DNA of 64,000 nucleotides from Camelus ferus (GCF_009834535.1 NC_045697.1:81842001-81906000), one strand, 5' to 3'; shown: positions 49,960 through 64,000, counted from the stretch's first letter. Program-made: numbers and translations. The notes: generated by a model from the letters alone, not told the origin.

Positions 49960-50145
49960 TAACCTAATATGCTCTTTTCTAAGGATTCATGGTATCTTAG
50001 ACTCATGGTCCAAGATGGCTGTTGAAGTTCTAGCCATCAAGTCTACATTCAAGCCATTTCAGATTTAGGAATCTACCTAAAAGTATCATGTAATATTCCT
50101 GCTGACATCCCATTAGTTAAAATTTAGTCATATGATCAAAGATTG
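49960..50145 (-). mobile_element. MLT1 (J/L-like) fragment
   Basis: 'ctcatggtccaagatggctg...tctagccatcaagtctacattc', 'catcccattagttaaaatttagtcatatg'. Confidence 0.55.
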
Positions 50146-50464
50146 CCCCGTGTCTTTCACAATCATTTTTTAAACTATTGTATCATAGAGAATTGCTACT
50201 GGAATCACAATAAGATATGGTTAATAAGTAAAACATAGGAAATTGTTTCTAGAGAAAAATGGTAGTTGTTGTGATTGAAGAGATGATGTGACCACAGAGA
50301 TGATTTCAAATGTGTTGGTAATACAGTGGGTGCATGTCTGCTAATGTTACTATTATTTTAAATGGCATATATTTACATACTTGCATATAAATGACTTATA
50401 ACAACAATGCTGACTTAAATTAATTTAGCACACACACACAAACACATGCACACAGACACACACT

Positions 50465-50875
50465 ATACCACTGCCCAGGTTTCCCTTTAAGACTAAGGCA
50501 TTTCCTTTGTCAGCTGCATTAGCAGGGTATTTGCATGTCTGATGGCTCTCAGTTAAGTGGCTCACTGCATAGCTGCAGCACACAAGGTCATATCTTCCTC
50601 CTTACATAGGGAACACATATCCATTAACTGGTCTGTAAGCGGGGAGGAGAACAGTATAAAGATCTGGCCATTTTATGTTAAAGCCATCACGGTTCCAGAA
50701 GTCTCTGTAGGCTCTACTGAGATTTGTTGAAACTGAATCATCATTCAACTCTTCCTTCTACCCAACCTTACTTCCTTCTCTTCCCTCAGGAGTTAACCCA
50801 TAAGAGATCCCCCAGTAGATTTCCTATGTGCAAATCTCTACCTCAGAGTCGTTTTTCCAGAAAACAACGTAAGAA
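50465..50875 (+). mobile_element. LTR16-type ERVL LTR
   Basis: 'ctgcccaggtttccctttaag', 'tcaactcttccttctacccaacc', 'tgcaaatctctacctcagagtc..tttccag'. Confidence 0.7.
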
Positions 50876-52049
50876 AAAGAAGGTGGTGGCTAATGCTTGT
50901 CTTATCTGCTCACAAAAGCTTAATCAATTGTTAGATGAAACATTGCATAACAAATTGGAAATGTTTAATGACAAATTATAGATAAGCATAGTTGTAAAAA
51001 ATACCATTTTTTTGGTTTTATAATAAAAGAATATTGCTTAATTTTCGAGTACTTCCCTATTTAAGATTTTGTTTGCAGAATCAAGAAAAATCTATTATAT
51101 TTCAATGAACTGTATAAATTATAGGTATCATAGCTAAATTATTAATTCCCAAAGAGTGTTAAAATGCAAGACAGTTTGGAGGGAAGAAGGAGTGCTAAAT
51201 AAATCAATGGTGATTTTAATAAACTAGAAGCTTTTAGGTACTAAATCTGTCTGCATCTGATCTGAATTGCAATTACCTGTCAAAAATTCATCCATCATCA
51301 CAAGCTCCAAACAAACTTTCTTGGCAGCAGATGTTTGAAGAAAACTATTTCGTATGGGAAATTTTTCTTCTGGTTTACAACACCCTCAAGAATGACAGAA
51401 ATTTCTGGGAACATTTCAGTACAACTTAGCAATAACCTGTTAGGTAGAAAAAAATCATGGTTTACATAGCTTATATAATTTACAAATATGTGCGTTATAC
51501 ATAAACCATTCATACACGAATAGTTTGATTGCCATTATTTCTAATAGCCATTAATCTTTTATTCTACTGTTTCAGTATTTTCCAGGAATACATAGAAATA
51601 TATATTTTAACAATGGATTTATATTCTCATTTTATATTGTATATTAAACTTTATAAATTGTATTTGGGTAAAATTAACTTAATATATCAGTACTTTTTAG
51701 TCTCCATTGAAAACTTAATAGGGTTCAGGGGATGTCATCTACAGTGACCTTGATAAAAGCAAAATCTAGAGGCATTATTGGTTAAACAGCAAACTATGAT
51801 TTTTAACCTTAGCTCTTCATATTTATTCCTTCTTTGAAAAAAAATTTGCCACTTTTTTAGATTTTCTGACAGAAAGTGCATTTTTAATTCAGTTTTTAAT
51901 CTAAAAGTTTTTTATAGCTAAAACATACTGCTTGATACATAGCAGATTTTCATAATTATTGGTTCACTGAATGTGTGGATGCTCCTTTTTTGTCTATTTT
52001 AGTACTTGTAACATATATTCTTGAAAATATTTGTTGCTTTGTGAACAAA

Positions 52050-53370
52050 ACCTAATATTTTTAAAGAAAAACATAGAATAATATCTTGTGGCTTTAGGGG
52101 AAAAAGAGTTTTCCTTAGATAAGTAAAAAATGCAATATACATAAATACACATAAATACGTGATAAAATAGACTTTTAATTAAAAACTTCTGTTAATCAAA
52201 ATATACCATCAAGAAAATAAATAAGCATTCCACAAGTTGAAAGTAAATATTCATATACCATATGAAAGAGCTCCTAAAATTCAGTAATAAAAAGATAAAA
52301 AAAATTGATAAACACATGGGGAAAATGTTTAGATGATATTTACAAAGAGTTCACTAATGTTCAATGAACATGGAACATTTTTAGCCTTATTAGTTTTAGG
52401 ACATTGTAAACTGAAACTACAGTTAGATATCACCAAACCCACCAAATGGCTAAAATTAAAAACACTGAAAAGATAAAATGCTGACATATACAGGGAATAC
52501 TAAAGTGCTCAATTTTTGTTGCTGAAGTTGTAAAATGTTACAGTCACTTTGGAAAATATTCTGGCAGGTTTTGTTTTTTTTTTTTTTTTAATATAGTGCA
52601 CCTATATACACAACAAAAGTCCGAACCAGCAATCTCACTCCTAGGCTTTTATAAAGATAAATAAAATGTGTGCATACAAAAGCAGAAATAAAAATGAAAA
52701 CAAAAAGCCCAGCATAACTCATAATATCCCAAAACTGGAAATCAGCCGAGTGTCCATCATATGGGATTGATAAACAAAACCTGTGGTATATTTATACAAT
52801 TAAATAAAAATGTAAAGAAACAAACTAGTGATATATGTAATCAGACAAATGAATCTCAGAACTTTGTATTGAGTGAAAGAAGTCTTATAAAAACAAGTTG
52901 AATTCCTCTCTCACATAGTGCAAAATTCATCTATGGTCAAAAAAAATAGAACAGTGAGATTGCTTCTGGGGTAATGACTAGTGACTGACCAGAAAAGGAC
53001 ATGTGGAAACTTTCTGAGGTGATAGTAATATTATTTTATTGTGTCAAGAATTTAAGTCACTAAATATGTATGCAGCTGTCAAAACTCTGAATATGTATCC
53101 TTAAGATTTGTATGTTGCATGTAAATTTTACCTAAAATTCTATGCAATAATATTTAACTCTGCTAAACAATATGTATGCTAAAATGTTTGTATTTCATGA
53201 AATTTACTTACAAAGATATCAAAAAAGAAACATGAAATGGTAAATGAATAGCAAGATCTATAAAAATGTGATAAAGCAAGTATAGTAAAGATTAGTAAAA
53301 GGTGATTGAATGTTCATTCTAAATTTTTTCACCTTTGTTTTTGAAAACTTTCATAATAGAATATTAGAAT
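52050..53370 (+). mobile_element. L1ME-like ORF2 end and 3' UTR
   Basis: 'aaaacttctgttaatcaaaatataccatc', 'ccagcaatctcactcctagg', 'ggaaactttctgaggtgatagtaatatt'. Confidence 0.75.
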
Positions 53371-53379
53371 AAATGTGGA

Positions 53380-54510
53380 AATATAAAGAAGCTAGAGTAC
53401 ATTTCACCAAATGAAGTAGCCGCATTCCCGCAAGATCCTCCCTCATACAATCACAGATGCCTAGGCATAACAAAGTAACAAGCAAAGAAGACTCTGAATG
53501 TTGGAAAAAGAAAGTTGGACAGCCTATAGACCTCAGGACTTCAAAAAAGAAATGGTGGAGTTCCCTGGGCACCCTTATTGTCTTTCATATATAGCAGGCA
53601 AAGCTCTAAAGAAGCCTGAACCCCTGAAATGATGAAAGACAGACAAAAGAAAAAAGGTTTGAGAAAGCCTTTATGCTCTAGCAAAATGATGAGGAAAAAT
53701 GGTAATCTAGTAACAGCAAACCATTTTGGCAATAACCATCCCACTCCAGTGAAACAGAAAAATAGTACCATTCCTACTCATGGTTTCAGTTAGGTTTCAG
53801 TTAGTAACGTTAATGTGTTAATTAGTGCAATAATGAAGATAGAGCAAAAATCTATGAAATAGATAATAGACAGATGATAAAGAAAATTAACAAAGACAAA
53901 AGTTGATTCCTTGAAAAGATGAATAAAATTAATAGACTGCTAACACTACTGAGAAAGGGAGAGAGAAGGAGTAATATATGGACCACTTTATGACAAAAAA
54001 TTCACCACTTAGGGAATATGAATTTAAGATATGTGGAACATTTTAAAACCTTATTTTTGCTAAAGAAAATGTAATTCATTATCAAAAAATATTTCCACAA
54101 AAACCTGGACCAAATAGTTTGCCAAATAGTTTACTAAAATAAATAATAATAAAGAAAATGTTTCCAGAAAGGAGGGGAAGATGCACATTATTTTTATGAA
54201 GTCAGCATTAGTATGGTACAAACACTGGATAAATGTGCTATGCAGTATTTATAGATCAATACAAGCATAAACCCTTAACAAAGTATAGGCAAATCAAATT
54301 TTAAAATATGTAAACAGGATGATATATCATGGCTAAATGCTATTTTTCCCAGAAAAATAAATTTGCATTAACATTCAAAAATTATGTAATGTATTTTACC
54401 ATATATGATACAGTAAAATAAATAGTATGATTATCTTACTAGATGAATATTAATTTGACAAAATTTATCATCCATTCTTGATAAAATTCCTGAGCAAGCT
54501 AGGAAGAGAA
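53380..54510 (+). mobile_element. Old L1M 5' UTR fragment followed by an ORF2 fragment
   Basis: 'agaaaattaacaaagacaaaagttgattccttgaaaagat', 'tttgacaaaatttatcatccattcttgataaaa'. Confidence 0.65.
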
Positions 54511-55907
54511 TGAACAAAGCTGGAGGAATAACTTTCTCAAACTTCACGCAAAACTACAGAGCTACAGTAAACAAAACAGCATGATATTGGCACAAAAAAA
54601 GACATATGGATCAATGGAACAGAATAGAGAGCCCAGCAGTAAACCCACACACCTATGGTCAGTTTATCTTCAACAAAGTAGGCAAGAATATACAATGGAG
54701 TAAACAGTCTCTTTTTCAAGTGGTGTTGGACAGCCACATACAAATCAAAGAAGTTAGAACACTCCCTCACATCACACACAAAAATAAACTCAAAATGGCT
54801 TAAAGACTTAAACTTAATACAAGACACGATAAACTTCCTAGAAGAGAACATAGGCAAAACATTATCTGACATAAATCTTAGCAATGTTCTCCTAGGGCAG
54901 CCTACCCAGGCAGAATAAATAAAAGCAAAAATAAACAAATGGGACCTAATTAAACCTGTAAGTTTTGGCACAGCAAAGGAAACCAAAAATAAAACAAAAA
55001 ACAACCTATGGAATGGGAGAAAATATTTGCAAATGATGTGATTAGCAAGGGCTTAACTTCCAGGATATATATATAGCTCATACATCTTAATAACAAAAAA
55101 ACAAACAACCCAATCCAAAAATGAGCAGAAGACCTAAACAAGTAGTTCTACAGTGAAGACATTCAAATGGCCAATAGGCACATGAAAAAATGCTCAATAT
55201 CACTAATTATCGGAGAATTGAAAATCAAACTATAATGAGGTATCACCTCATTCCAGTCAGAATGGCCATCATTAAAAATCCACAAATGATAAATGCTGGA
55301 GAGACTGTGGAGAAAACCCTCCTACACTGTTGGTAGAAATGTAATTTGGTGCAGCCATTATGGAAAACAATATGGAGATTCCTTAAAAAACTGAAAATAG
55401 ATTTACCCTATGATCCAACAATCCCACTCCTGGGCATATACCTGAAGGAAACTCTAATTCAAAAAGATACATGCACCTTAATATTCATAGCAGCACTATT
55501 TACAATAGCCAAGACATGGAAGCAACCTAAATGTCCATCAACAGATGACTGGATAGGAAGTATAATGGAATACTACTCAACCATAAAAACAAAATAATTT
55601 GCAGCAACATGGATGGACCTGGAGATTGTCATGCTAAGTGAAGTAAGCCAGGAAGGAAAGAAAAGTACTATATGATATCACTTATATGTAGAATTGGAAA
55701 AAAAAAAGGACATAAACTCACAGACATAGAAAATATGGTTACCAGGGGGAAAGTGGGGGCTGGGGGGAGGATAAATAGGGAGTTTGAGATTTGTAGATAC
55801 TAACTGCTATATATAAATTAGGTAAACAACAAGGTCCTATTATATAGCACAGGGAACTATATTCAATACCTTGTAATGGGCTATAATGAGAAAAAAGATA
55901 TGGAAAG

Positions 55908-55954
<47 letters not shown>

Positions 55955-56024
55955 ACTGAATCACTATGCTGAACACCAGAAATTAACACAATGTTGTAAA
56001 TCAACTATACTTCAATAAAAAAAA
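54511..56024 (+). mobile_element. Lineage-specific L1, about 1.5 kb, 5'-truncated, ORF2 disrupted
   Basis: NKAGGIT..., [46 protein letters not shown]...; ends 'tcaactatacttcaataaaaaaaa'. Confidence 0.95.
55910..55949. repeat. (TG)n microsatellite in an L1 3' UTR
   Basis: About 19 perfect GT units. Confidence 0.95.
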
Positions 56025-57040
56025 CTTCTATTAATCAAAAACACTATCAAGTAGAGAAATAAGGTAGACAAAAACAAATGCTAAATATTTGTAAAACACA
56101 TAGCAATTAAATAACATATTGAGAATACATAAAGAACTCCTCCATCTTAGGGCTGAGATATTTGCAGCACTTTTTTGGCTCTAAATACTAATGAAATGCT
56201 CAAAGAAATGTGTAAAACACAAAGAAGCCATCTTAAACAGACTCCTTCTCACCTAATCTGGGACAATGTGTCAAAATACACAATGACAGAATGTATATAA
56301 CCCATTGGATTAAAAAAGCCAAAAGTCCTTGTTTATGTAAGTATGTCAGTGATAGAGGAGAAGAAAAAAAAAAAAAAAACTTAAGGTAGAGTGCTAACTG
56401 TATATTCAAAAAATCCTAAAATCAGTGGGTGAAAAGTTAAGAAACAGTGTATTTTCTTAGTTTCAAATGGATTCTCCATTATTACTTATTAATTACAAAG
56501 GGGAAAATGACTTCAATACTGTGGGAAAACCCTGAGAGTAATTCCTTAATCAAATGACTAAAACTAACATCACCATTAATGAGATAAAACAAATATCTTT
56601 CTTCCTGATGTGATGCATCTGAAAAGACATTTTTGCCAAAATGTGTATAAGCTCAATTGAAGCATAAAGGATTATAAGAAACATCCAAATAGAGGAACAT
56701 TTTCTAAAATTACTGTCAAAATCAGAAGAGACAAAGAAAGACTGAGGAAATGTTCCAGATTAAAGGAGATTACTAACACATAACAACTAAATGCAATGCA
56801 TGGGCTAAAATTGGATCTTGAGCTGGAAAAAAAAAAAGTATAGTTCCATATTGTACCTTGAGACAATTAAAATTAAAATGTACTGTAAATTAGATAATAA
56901 TACTGTTATCATATCAAATTTTATGACTTCAATAACAGTGTTGTGATAAATACATTGCATATTTGGACCAAGGACTTTGAGGGAAAAAACACATGGAAAT
57001 ATTTACGGGTAAATGAGCATATTTCCAGCCTGTTCTCAAA
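56025..57040 (+). mobile_element. Old L1M ORF2 fragment and L1MC-type 3' UTR
   Basis: 'tacttattaattacaaagggg', 'aaagaaagactgaggaaatgttccagattaaaggaga', 'caactaaatgcaatgc'. Confidence 0.8.
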
Positions 57041-57049
57041 TGTCACCCT

Positions 57050-58075
57050 TCCCTTTGTCTACTTGTGTCAGTCTATAAAAATAACTGTGCAAACTGAAAT
57101 CACGCAAAGCCATCTTAACAATCAGTGGGAAAATTTACTATGTTCTGTGACCTTTAACATTTTTATCAAAACATAAAAAATTATCTTACTTTCAGTTATA
57201 ATGTTATAGTTTCAGTTATAATGTATAGGGAAATTAAAGTAAGTGAAATCGATATTTATTTTAAACATTGTAATTTAAAATGTTAGAAACATTTACAGTT
57301 AAATTATTTTACTTTATAATGTAAAACTTACCAAGGTAAATTTGAATATTGCTTGCTTTCTTCTTCCACTATAATTTACATGTGTGCACCTTTTTTCTAC
57401 CTTAGGGAATTACTATTCTGCTTCTTAAGTAAGGATTAGCTTCTAATATTTAATCCTTTGCACTTCCAATATTGTGAAATATCTCTGAGAGTTCCTTTAA
57501 TGTGACTGTTTTTTTTTTTACCAGCATCACTTCCAGAGCATCATCATCTTTTTTGTTGTAACTGTTTGCCTCATTTATGTCCATAAGTTTGCCTTCACTA
57601 ACTCCCTCTAGCTGCATACCTAGTCTCTCAAATGTCAATGGAATCAACATCCCCTTGGTTGGTTTCTGTTTCTTCCATGACTCCATTTATGTTCAATTTG
57701 AATTTCACTCTAGCATTACCACTTTTCATTTATTTGTTGCACTTTCAACTTTGTCAGCCAATTTCCTCTTTCAATAATTCATTTTTATAAAATGTCACAT
57801 GGGTTTATCACTGGGCGATAAGAAAGTGACACAGCTACACCCTTTTCTGTTCGTGAATGAGTTGAATACAGATAACAGCAAAAGAATACTGACAGACTTT
57901 GAAAGAAATGATATGATTAGTCACTGATCATGATGTACATGTGTTATTTATGTAGTTATTTGTGGGACTGATGAGCTAGCAGCAAAGTTTATACTTTGTG
58001 CAATCATACACAGTTAATATTCCACAGAAGCTGAAATCTGAACTTCATTGTTGGGGAGTGGTATTATTTAATTAC
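57050..58075 (-). mobile_element. Old Tigger (Tigger12/13-like) DNA transposon
   Basis: Transposase remnant VTLKELSEIFHNIGSAKD (ORF 57450..57686 -); 'ttagtcactgatcatgatg', 'ctgaaatctgaac...ttgttgggga'. Confidence 0.75.
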
Positions 58076-59659
58076 TATTAATTAAAATGTGGTAACAAAT
58101 TCATTCTTATGGAAGCCATGTGAGGCTTTTGTGTAGGGGTGTGTGTGTGTGTGCGTGCACACGTGCGCTTGTGCAAGCAAGGGTACATTTGTGCACACAA
58201 ATTTTTGTGTTTTTGTGTTTTTGTGTTAAGACATAGACAGAGACAGGGAAAGAGAAGCCAATGGGGAAAATGTACCCAATTGTTAATCTGTGTAAAAGTA
58301 TTTATCTTTGTACTTTTCTTAAAACTTTTCTGTAAGTTTCGAATCATATAATAAAAAGTTATGATAGTGAAATAAAGAAACAAAGGAAATGAAATACTAG
58401 GTTCCTCTTTAAAAATTTTAGGTATTAATGTAATGGAATGTTTCTCAAATTACAATTATATTAAAAGGTTCTTTTATGTCATCAATTGCATGATCCATTT
58501 GTCCTTAAATTGGTTTTAAGCTCATCATAGCTACTGTACCTATTTCCGAGTAATTATGTAGATGAGTCTTCTTGAAAATGGCACTTCTGTCCCAGCAGCA
58601 TTATAATAAATGAGTTAAAGGTTGAGAATTCAATTGTTGTCCATGTATTATCATGCCATTATAGGATTTTAGTGACATCTTTCTTATTACTTAATTCAGT
58701 AGCATTTGTACATAGGAAATATGCCTTTGGGACCTTCACAACTTGAACTAAAGAGCCCTCTACAAAGATTGAAAAAGATAAGCCCCAAGTCTAGTGTAAA
58801 TGCTAAATATTATGTTGCTCAGGAATGCCTGATTCATTGATCTTGTTCTAGTTTCTCAGGCCTAAACTCACAACTTTATTTAGTGAAGCAGAGCTAGTTA
58901 AGATATCTTAACTCATCAGTTGACTGGTTTTGTTTTCATTTTGGTTGTTGTATATTGACATATAGATGTGTTACATCCTGAAATTATGGTGCAAGACTAA
59001 TGATGCTTCATTAAAATATCCATAATAAAAAAATCCAGGAGTAGGTGGAGAACATAAGAAGTTAAAGTTTTAGTAGAGATCACAAATGCAATCAGAGATG
59101 TTATTAGAAAAATGCTAAAATGATAAATTGATCTGTTGCTCAAAAATATAATAACACTTGTCACTGAATGATACATTTCTAATGAGTAAAATAGATCAGA
59201 AATGTAACAAGTTTTGCACTTTTCTAGTATTTCCTAGGAAAGATTCTCAACTTGATCACGTTTTCTATTTTTATTTTATTTACTTTTTTCATCCAGGTAA
59301 CCAGGTCTACAATTTGAGATATCTACCAGAAACATATTTTTGTGAATAGAAATCTGTCAATAACCCTGTTATAAATATTTGTTCATAGTGCTGTTAATTT
59401 TAACTAATAGTTTTTATTTCATCTCCTCTTTTATATTATTTTAGATTAAAAGCTCTAAGCATTTTCATATATGAATAATTGGAATTGACTTCAACTTGAT
59501 ATAAATTATAAACATCTCAATAATTTTATAAAAGTTTCAGTTTATCCACCATTTACTCACCTAAATATGTATCCCTTTTTGGTTTCATTCAGAAAATTGA
59601 TTTGGGGAAAAACAAAAATGAAAACAAAGAGAACATGTGTGTAGAAAGAAAACATGTGT

Positions 59660-60632
59660 TTGTAACCACTTAGGGAATGAGGTCTAAGCCATGGACACTA
59701 TGGTTCCCTAAGCATGTCTCCACTAGAGAGAATGGCTGCACAGCTTATAGCTGAATCCCTTTCCAGTAATCAGATGAAGGGATCTGCCTCAACAGTATTT
59801 TGGTCCTCCCAGAGGGGAACTGAAGTTCAGTGGCTGATTGGAGAGGAGCAGGAGAGGTGTTGTTATTTTATTTTTTAAATACTTTTTTTTAAATTAAAAT
59901 ATAGTCAGTTTACACTGTAATGTCAATTTGTGGTATACAGCATAATGTTTCAGTCATACATATACATAGACATGCTCCTTTTTATAATCTTTTTCATTAT
60001 AGCTTACTACAAGATATTGAATATAGTTCCCTGTGCTATACAGTATAAACTTGTTGAATATCTATTTTATATATAGTAGTTAGTATCTGCAAATCTTGAA
60101 CCCCAATTTATCCCTTTCTACCCCCTTTCTCCCCTGGTAACCATAAATTTGTTTTCTATGTTTGTGAGTCTGTTTCTGTTTTGTAAATAAGTTCACTTGT
60201 GTCTTTTTTTTTTTTTTTAGAATCCGCACATGAGTGATATCATACAGTGTTTTTCTTTCTCTTTCTGGCTTACTTCACTTAGAATGACGATCTCCATGTC
60301 CATCTATGTTGCTGCAAACGGCATTATTTTATTCTTTTGTATGGCTGAATAGTATTCCATTGTATAAATATACCACAGCTTCTTTATGGAGTGGGGGAGT
60401 TTTGAAAGGCCTGAGCATCTTTTTTCTAATTAATATACCTCTGGAAGAATCATCCCATCTCTAGAGCTCTGGTATAATTATCTGAGGGTGAAGATATGAC
60501 TGCTTTGTAGTTTGATTTCTCCCTCACCCAAGACTACTTCCATAGGTGTGGTTCCTCAGGATATGCCATAATTAAATCACCAACACATAAATCTCTCCCT
60601 CAGAGTCTATTTTTGAGCAACCTAACCCAAGA
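59660..60632 (+). mobile_element. LTR16-like ERVL LTR split by an L1 insertion
   Basis: 3' end 'acataaatctctccctcagagtctatttttgagcaacctaacccaaga'. Confidence 0.55.
59860..60387 (-). mobile_element. Lineage-specific L1 3' end
   Basis: T-rich tail, 'ttctctttctggcttacttcacttagaatgac', 'gaatatagttccctgtgctatacag'. Confidence 0.92.
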
Positions 60633-60803
60633 TGGATAAGGATTCAGTCCCTGAGAGAAAATTTTATTATTATAACAGTGTTCTGGCACTCCTTCAAAGT
60701 CTTTGGTATTTAATGTCAATGTCTGCCTATTCATGCACTAAATATTATGACTATAAAATATATCAGAATGATGTGCCAAAAAGATGGAAGACAGTGTCTT
60801 AGA

Positions 60804-60995
60804 GCAATGGTTCATAGACCTTATTTTTTTTTTTTTTTACCAGAATCACCTGGAGAGCTTGATAGAACTCAGATTATGGGCCTTCACTCCCAGAACTTCA
60901 GATTCAAGTGGTCTGCGGTGGGAGCCAAAATTTTGCATTTTTAACAAGTTCTCAGGTGATTCTGATGCTGCTGTTTTGGGGACCACACTTTGAAA
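60804..60995. mobile_element. MER5A
   Basis: 'cagaatcacctggagagcttg', 'ttgcatttttaacaagttctcaggtgattctgatgctgctg', 'gggaccacactttga'. Confidence 0.9.
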
Positions 60996-61719
60996 GAGAT
61001 GGTCATTAATGGTTTGTTAAAAAGAAAAAAGAGAAGTAGTAAATGTCAGGAAATGTAATGATGTAAAGTGGGAATTTTCATGAAATAAGAAACTATAAAA
61101 ATTACAAAAAATGGAAGATTGCTTTCTAATTTGATTGAATGTAAGTATTTTATTTCCTCATATCAGCAACAGCATAGGAATCACACTGAAATGTGCTATC
61201 AGAGGAATCCCTTTATAAGGACTTACTATTTGTCAGAGCAGATAAAGAAAAAGTTATTTTGCTGTCAGGAATACTTGACCATAATTGTCACGTGGAGATA
61301 AGGTTGCTAGTACAAAATAGAGGCAGACACAGTTAACCAGTGAATATTGGGTCCATATTTTCTTCAGTCAGAACTATTTATCTTAAGACTTGGTGCCCAA
61401 TATAGCAGACAGTTTAAAGAAATTGGATTAAATGCTTTAACTATATCAAAGAACACAATTGTTGGGGAAACTGGCACGAATAATACTATCAATAAACTCT
61501 GCCTCCCAAAAAATTATATTGGTCTTTCTGAAATAAAACTTTCAAGGAAGAAAATATGGCAAACCATGCCATAAAATGCCACATAAAATTGTGTAATTCT
61601 TTAACATATTAAAATATATTAATGAGATAGGCTTTTGCAAAATTTATAGGAAGCTGCCAAGAATAGGTTTTGAAACATGATTAACGGGTTCATGTATTAT
61701 GAAAAAGTTTTGTAAAACC

Positions 61720-61860
61720 ATTGTCATTCACTATTAAATACACATAATGCCAGATACTGTCTCAGGTATCATGGATGAACTGACAAAACAAAGTGCATTA
61801 TCTTCATAGAGCTTGCATTCCGGTGGGAGAAAACAATTACATACATGAGCAGACATATAC
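61720..61860 (-). mobile_element. L2 fragment
   Basis: 'tgccagatactgtctcagg', 'tcttcatagagcttgcattccggtgggaga'. Confidence 0.55.
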
Positions 61861-64000
61861 AAACACATGTATATGGTTAGCATTTGTAATTGTTTTGAAG
61901 AAGAAATTCATGTAAGCCAAAAATCATACTCTCATTTAAAAACAAAATAAAATCAAAGAATGGAGCTACTATCTGCTGTTATAGGAATATGAGCTTAACA
62001 CAAGCAATATGATACACTGATATTTAAAACATTGAGTGAAGAACGTCAAACATAAAGTGGAAAAATAGTTATGCAACAATATTTTTAAATGATATCGAAG
62101 GTATATCAAAGAACAACAACACAATAACATTTATGAATCTCAGAATGCTTATGAAGTTGGAAGAAATAGGTATATGACAAAGCAGTGATAATACACATAA
62201 TACACTCTAATAAAATAGTAAGATAAGGGTAATTTTTTAAATTGTAGGAACAAAGAATGAGCCATTTTAAAAAAATCCTATACACTCTCATAAAAGTTTT
62301 ATAAGCAATTTAAATGTTTTATTATAAAGTCCCAAGATGTATTACCAAGGTTTTATTCTTGAAAAATAAATCTTTAAAAATGAAATACATTTTTAGTAAA
62401 ACTATCTGAAACAGTAAAATATGGAAGTCTATTAGTAAAAATATATTTTATGAGAACAGTAGAAGTAGTTAAAAATATGATAAGAAATCAAAAGAAAGGT
62501 TGAAAAAGATTATTTTGTCCACTAAGAGAGCCTCCAGATTAAGTCTATATGAAGTGTTTTAAAAAGTTTATAGCGATTAATAGTGGCTCAGAATAGATTT
62601 CAGGGGATGAACGGAAGCCTAGCTGAAGCTTTTTGGTATTTTGTTATATTAAAGTGAAAGAGTATGAATTTAATCATAAATTTAGTTTATGTTTCTTTAC
62701 CAATAAAGATTGCATTTCACATTTTATATACACCAATTAAATTGTGAAGAAATACTGTTATGTAGGAGATAAATTTGAGATAGTATCCTTAATTCTATTA
62801 TTTACAAATTATATTTAAGTTTGTGTTAATGATTAAGAATATATGTTGCATATACTTGAACCTAGCCACACAAATGTTTGATTAATCTTGGTTTAAATTA
62901 TTCTTTGTTATTTTTAATAAATACTCTATGCTCAAGTTTCATATTAAATTTCACCTATTGTTTGCTTTTACAATGCTAGAAACATTTGCAAAATATTTCG
63001 ATATTTCTATGAAATCAGAAGAATAATTATTAGTAAAACCTAAGGCTCTGGAATATTCACAAAATAATTTGTCCCTGTACTAAATCATAGCTATGTTATC
63101 TTAGTGACTTTCATTAGGGAATTTGTTTATTTTATTGTGTTTCTACCAGTTGGAATTTAGTGATGAGTTATTTTATTTCAACATGAAATATTAAAATCTA
63201 AGTATGCTATCAGCAATATTGCAATTAAATTCTAGAAACTGTTTTATACTGAAAAGTTTAGTACAAAATAGTTCAAGCAAAATTTCTGTCCCCCTTTTAT
63301 GAGGGAGAAAAAAGGAAAGAATTCTCCCTTAGAAGAGTGTCTATTTCTTACATAGCACAGATTCAATTCACTGTTTTCCTTTGTGGTGTGGTGTTGGGGG
63401 CAGATAAACATAAGTTATATTTTGATATAGAAAAAAAGACGTTATAAGGGATCTATTCAATAGAGCAAGTGACTGATGTCCACGTGCATTAAAATTCAAA
63501 CTGTAGCTGACAACATGAAAACATGTTGTCATAAAAGTTTCATAAATGTTTTCTGTACTCACTATATTTACACGTCATAGAGTTTACTTCCATGCATCAT
63601 AGGTGCCAATGCTTCTTTCAGATAGACAGGTGTTTCCTGTGTGTTCTTTCTGATACATAAAGTCTCAGACTGGAAATACTCATTCTATTAACCTATGAAA
63701 TTAATTTTGCTTTTGCAAATGAATTTCATTAGTTTAGAATCACCATGGGATATATGAAGATTAGCTTTATTGACTGTGATTTTAAAAATAATAGAAGATG
63801 GAACTCTAATCATTTCTTATTAACACAACTGACTGAACATCTTAACAATGTGAAAAAAAGGATCTTTATTGATTTACTTTACAGTTCTCCAGACCAAAGA
63901 ATTTTTTTAAAATATAGTGACTATATTTTAAAATCACTACTACCAAAATATTAACTTGAAGATGAGCTGAAAACTCATGACATTGTATAAATTTAATTTT

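Noticed and set aside
54537..55004. 155-aa minus-strand ORF, the longest in the track
   Set aside because: It is the antisense reading of L1 ORF2, a common artefact.
16302..57230. Scattered 10-20 bp tandem duplications (for example near 16302, 23928, 25688, 42563, 53783, 54110, 57190)
   Set aside because: These are ordinary slippage or repair duplications with two copies each; they are not arrays and show no repeat-spacer structure.
58896..58913. Perfect 18-bp palindrome agttaagatatcttaact
   Set aside because: By rough estimate about one such palindrome is expected by chance in 64 kb of AT-rich DNA, and there is no supporting context.
59553..59565. Minus-strand donor AG|GTGAGT
   Set aside because: No plausible acceptor lies at exon distance.
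1..64000. ORF-track entries as host protein-coding genes
   Set aside because: All are 155 aa or shorter. Recognisable ones derive from L1, ERVL or Tigger, and the rest are AT-rich or low-complexity chance ORFs. No consistent exon chain or CpG island is visible.

Overview
This is an AT-rich, CpG-poor window of placental-mammal DNA, either intergenic or deep intronic. It is most likely camelid: it carries a Vic-1-like tRNA-derived SINE and cetartiodactyl-type L1 3' ends, and I saw no Alu, Bov-A/BovB, PRE or Can-SINE. No protein-coding gene can be supported. The ORF-track entries with a recognisable translation are decayed L1 ORF2, ERVL pol or Tigger fragments; the rest are chance or low-complexity ORFs. 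More than half of the window is transposable-element debris (L1M and younger L1, L2, MIR, MER5, MER58, Tigger, MaLR, ERVL, ERV1). I found no new biological system. The most notable structures are: (1) a nested ERV1 cluster at 20-25.6 kb with readable 4-bp TSDs and a tRNA-Leu PBS; (2) an L1 3' transduction nested inside another L1; (3) two short dispersed duplications, each about 0.9 kb from its partner, and a fold-back palindrome that resemble repair scars; (4) a candidate 70-nt minus-strand exon; (5) a few motif-dense unique stretches that may be conserved enhancers. Family names come from recall of consensus sequences, and boundaries of old elements are approximate.
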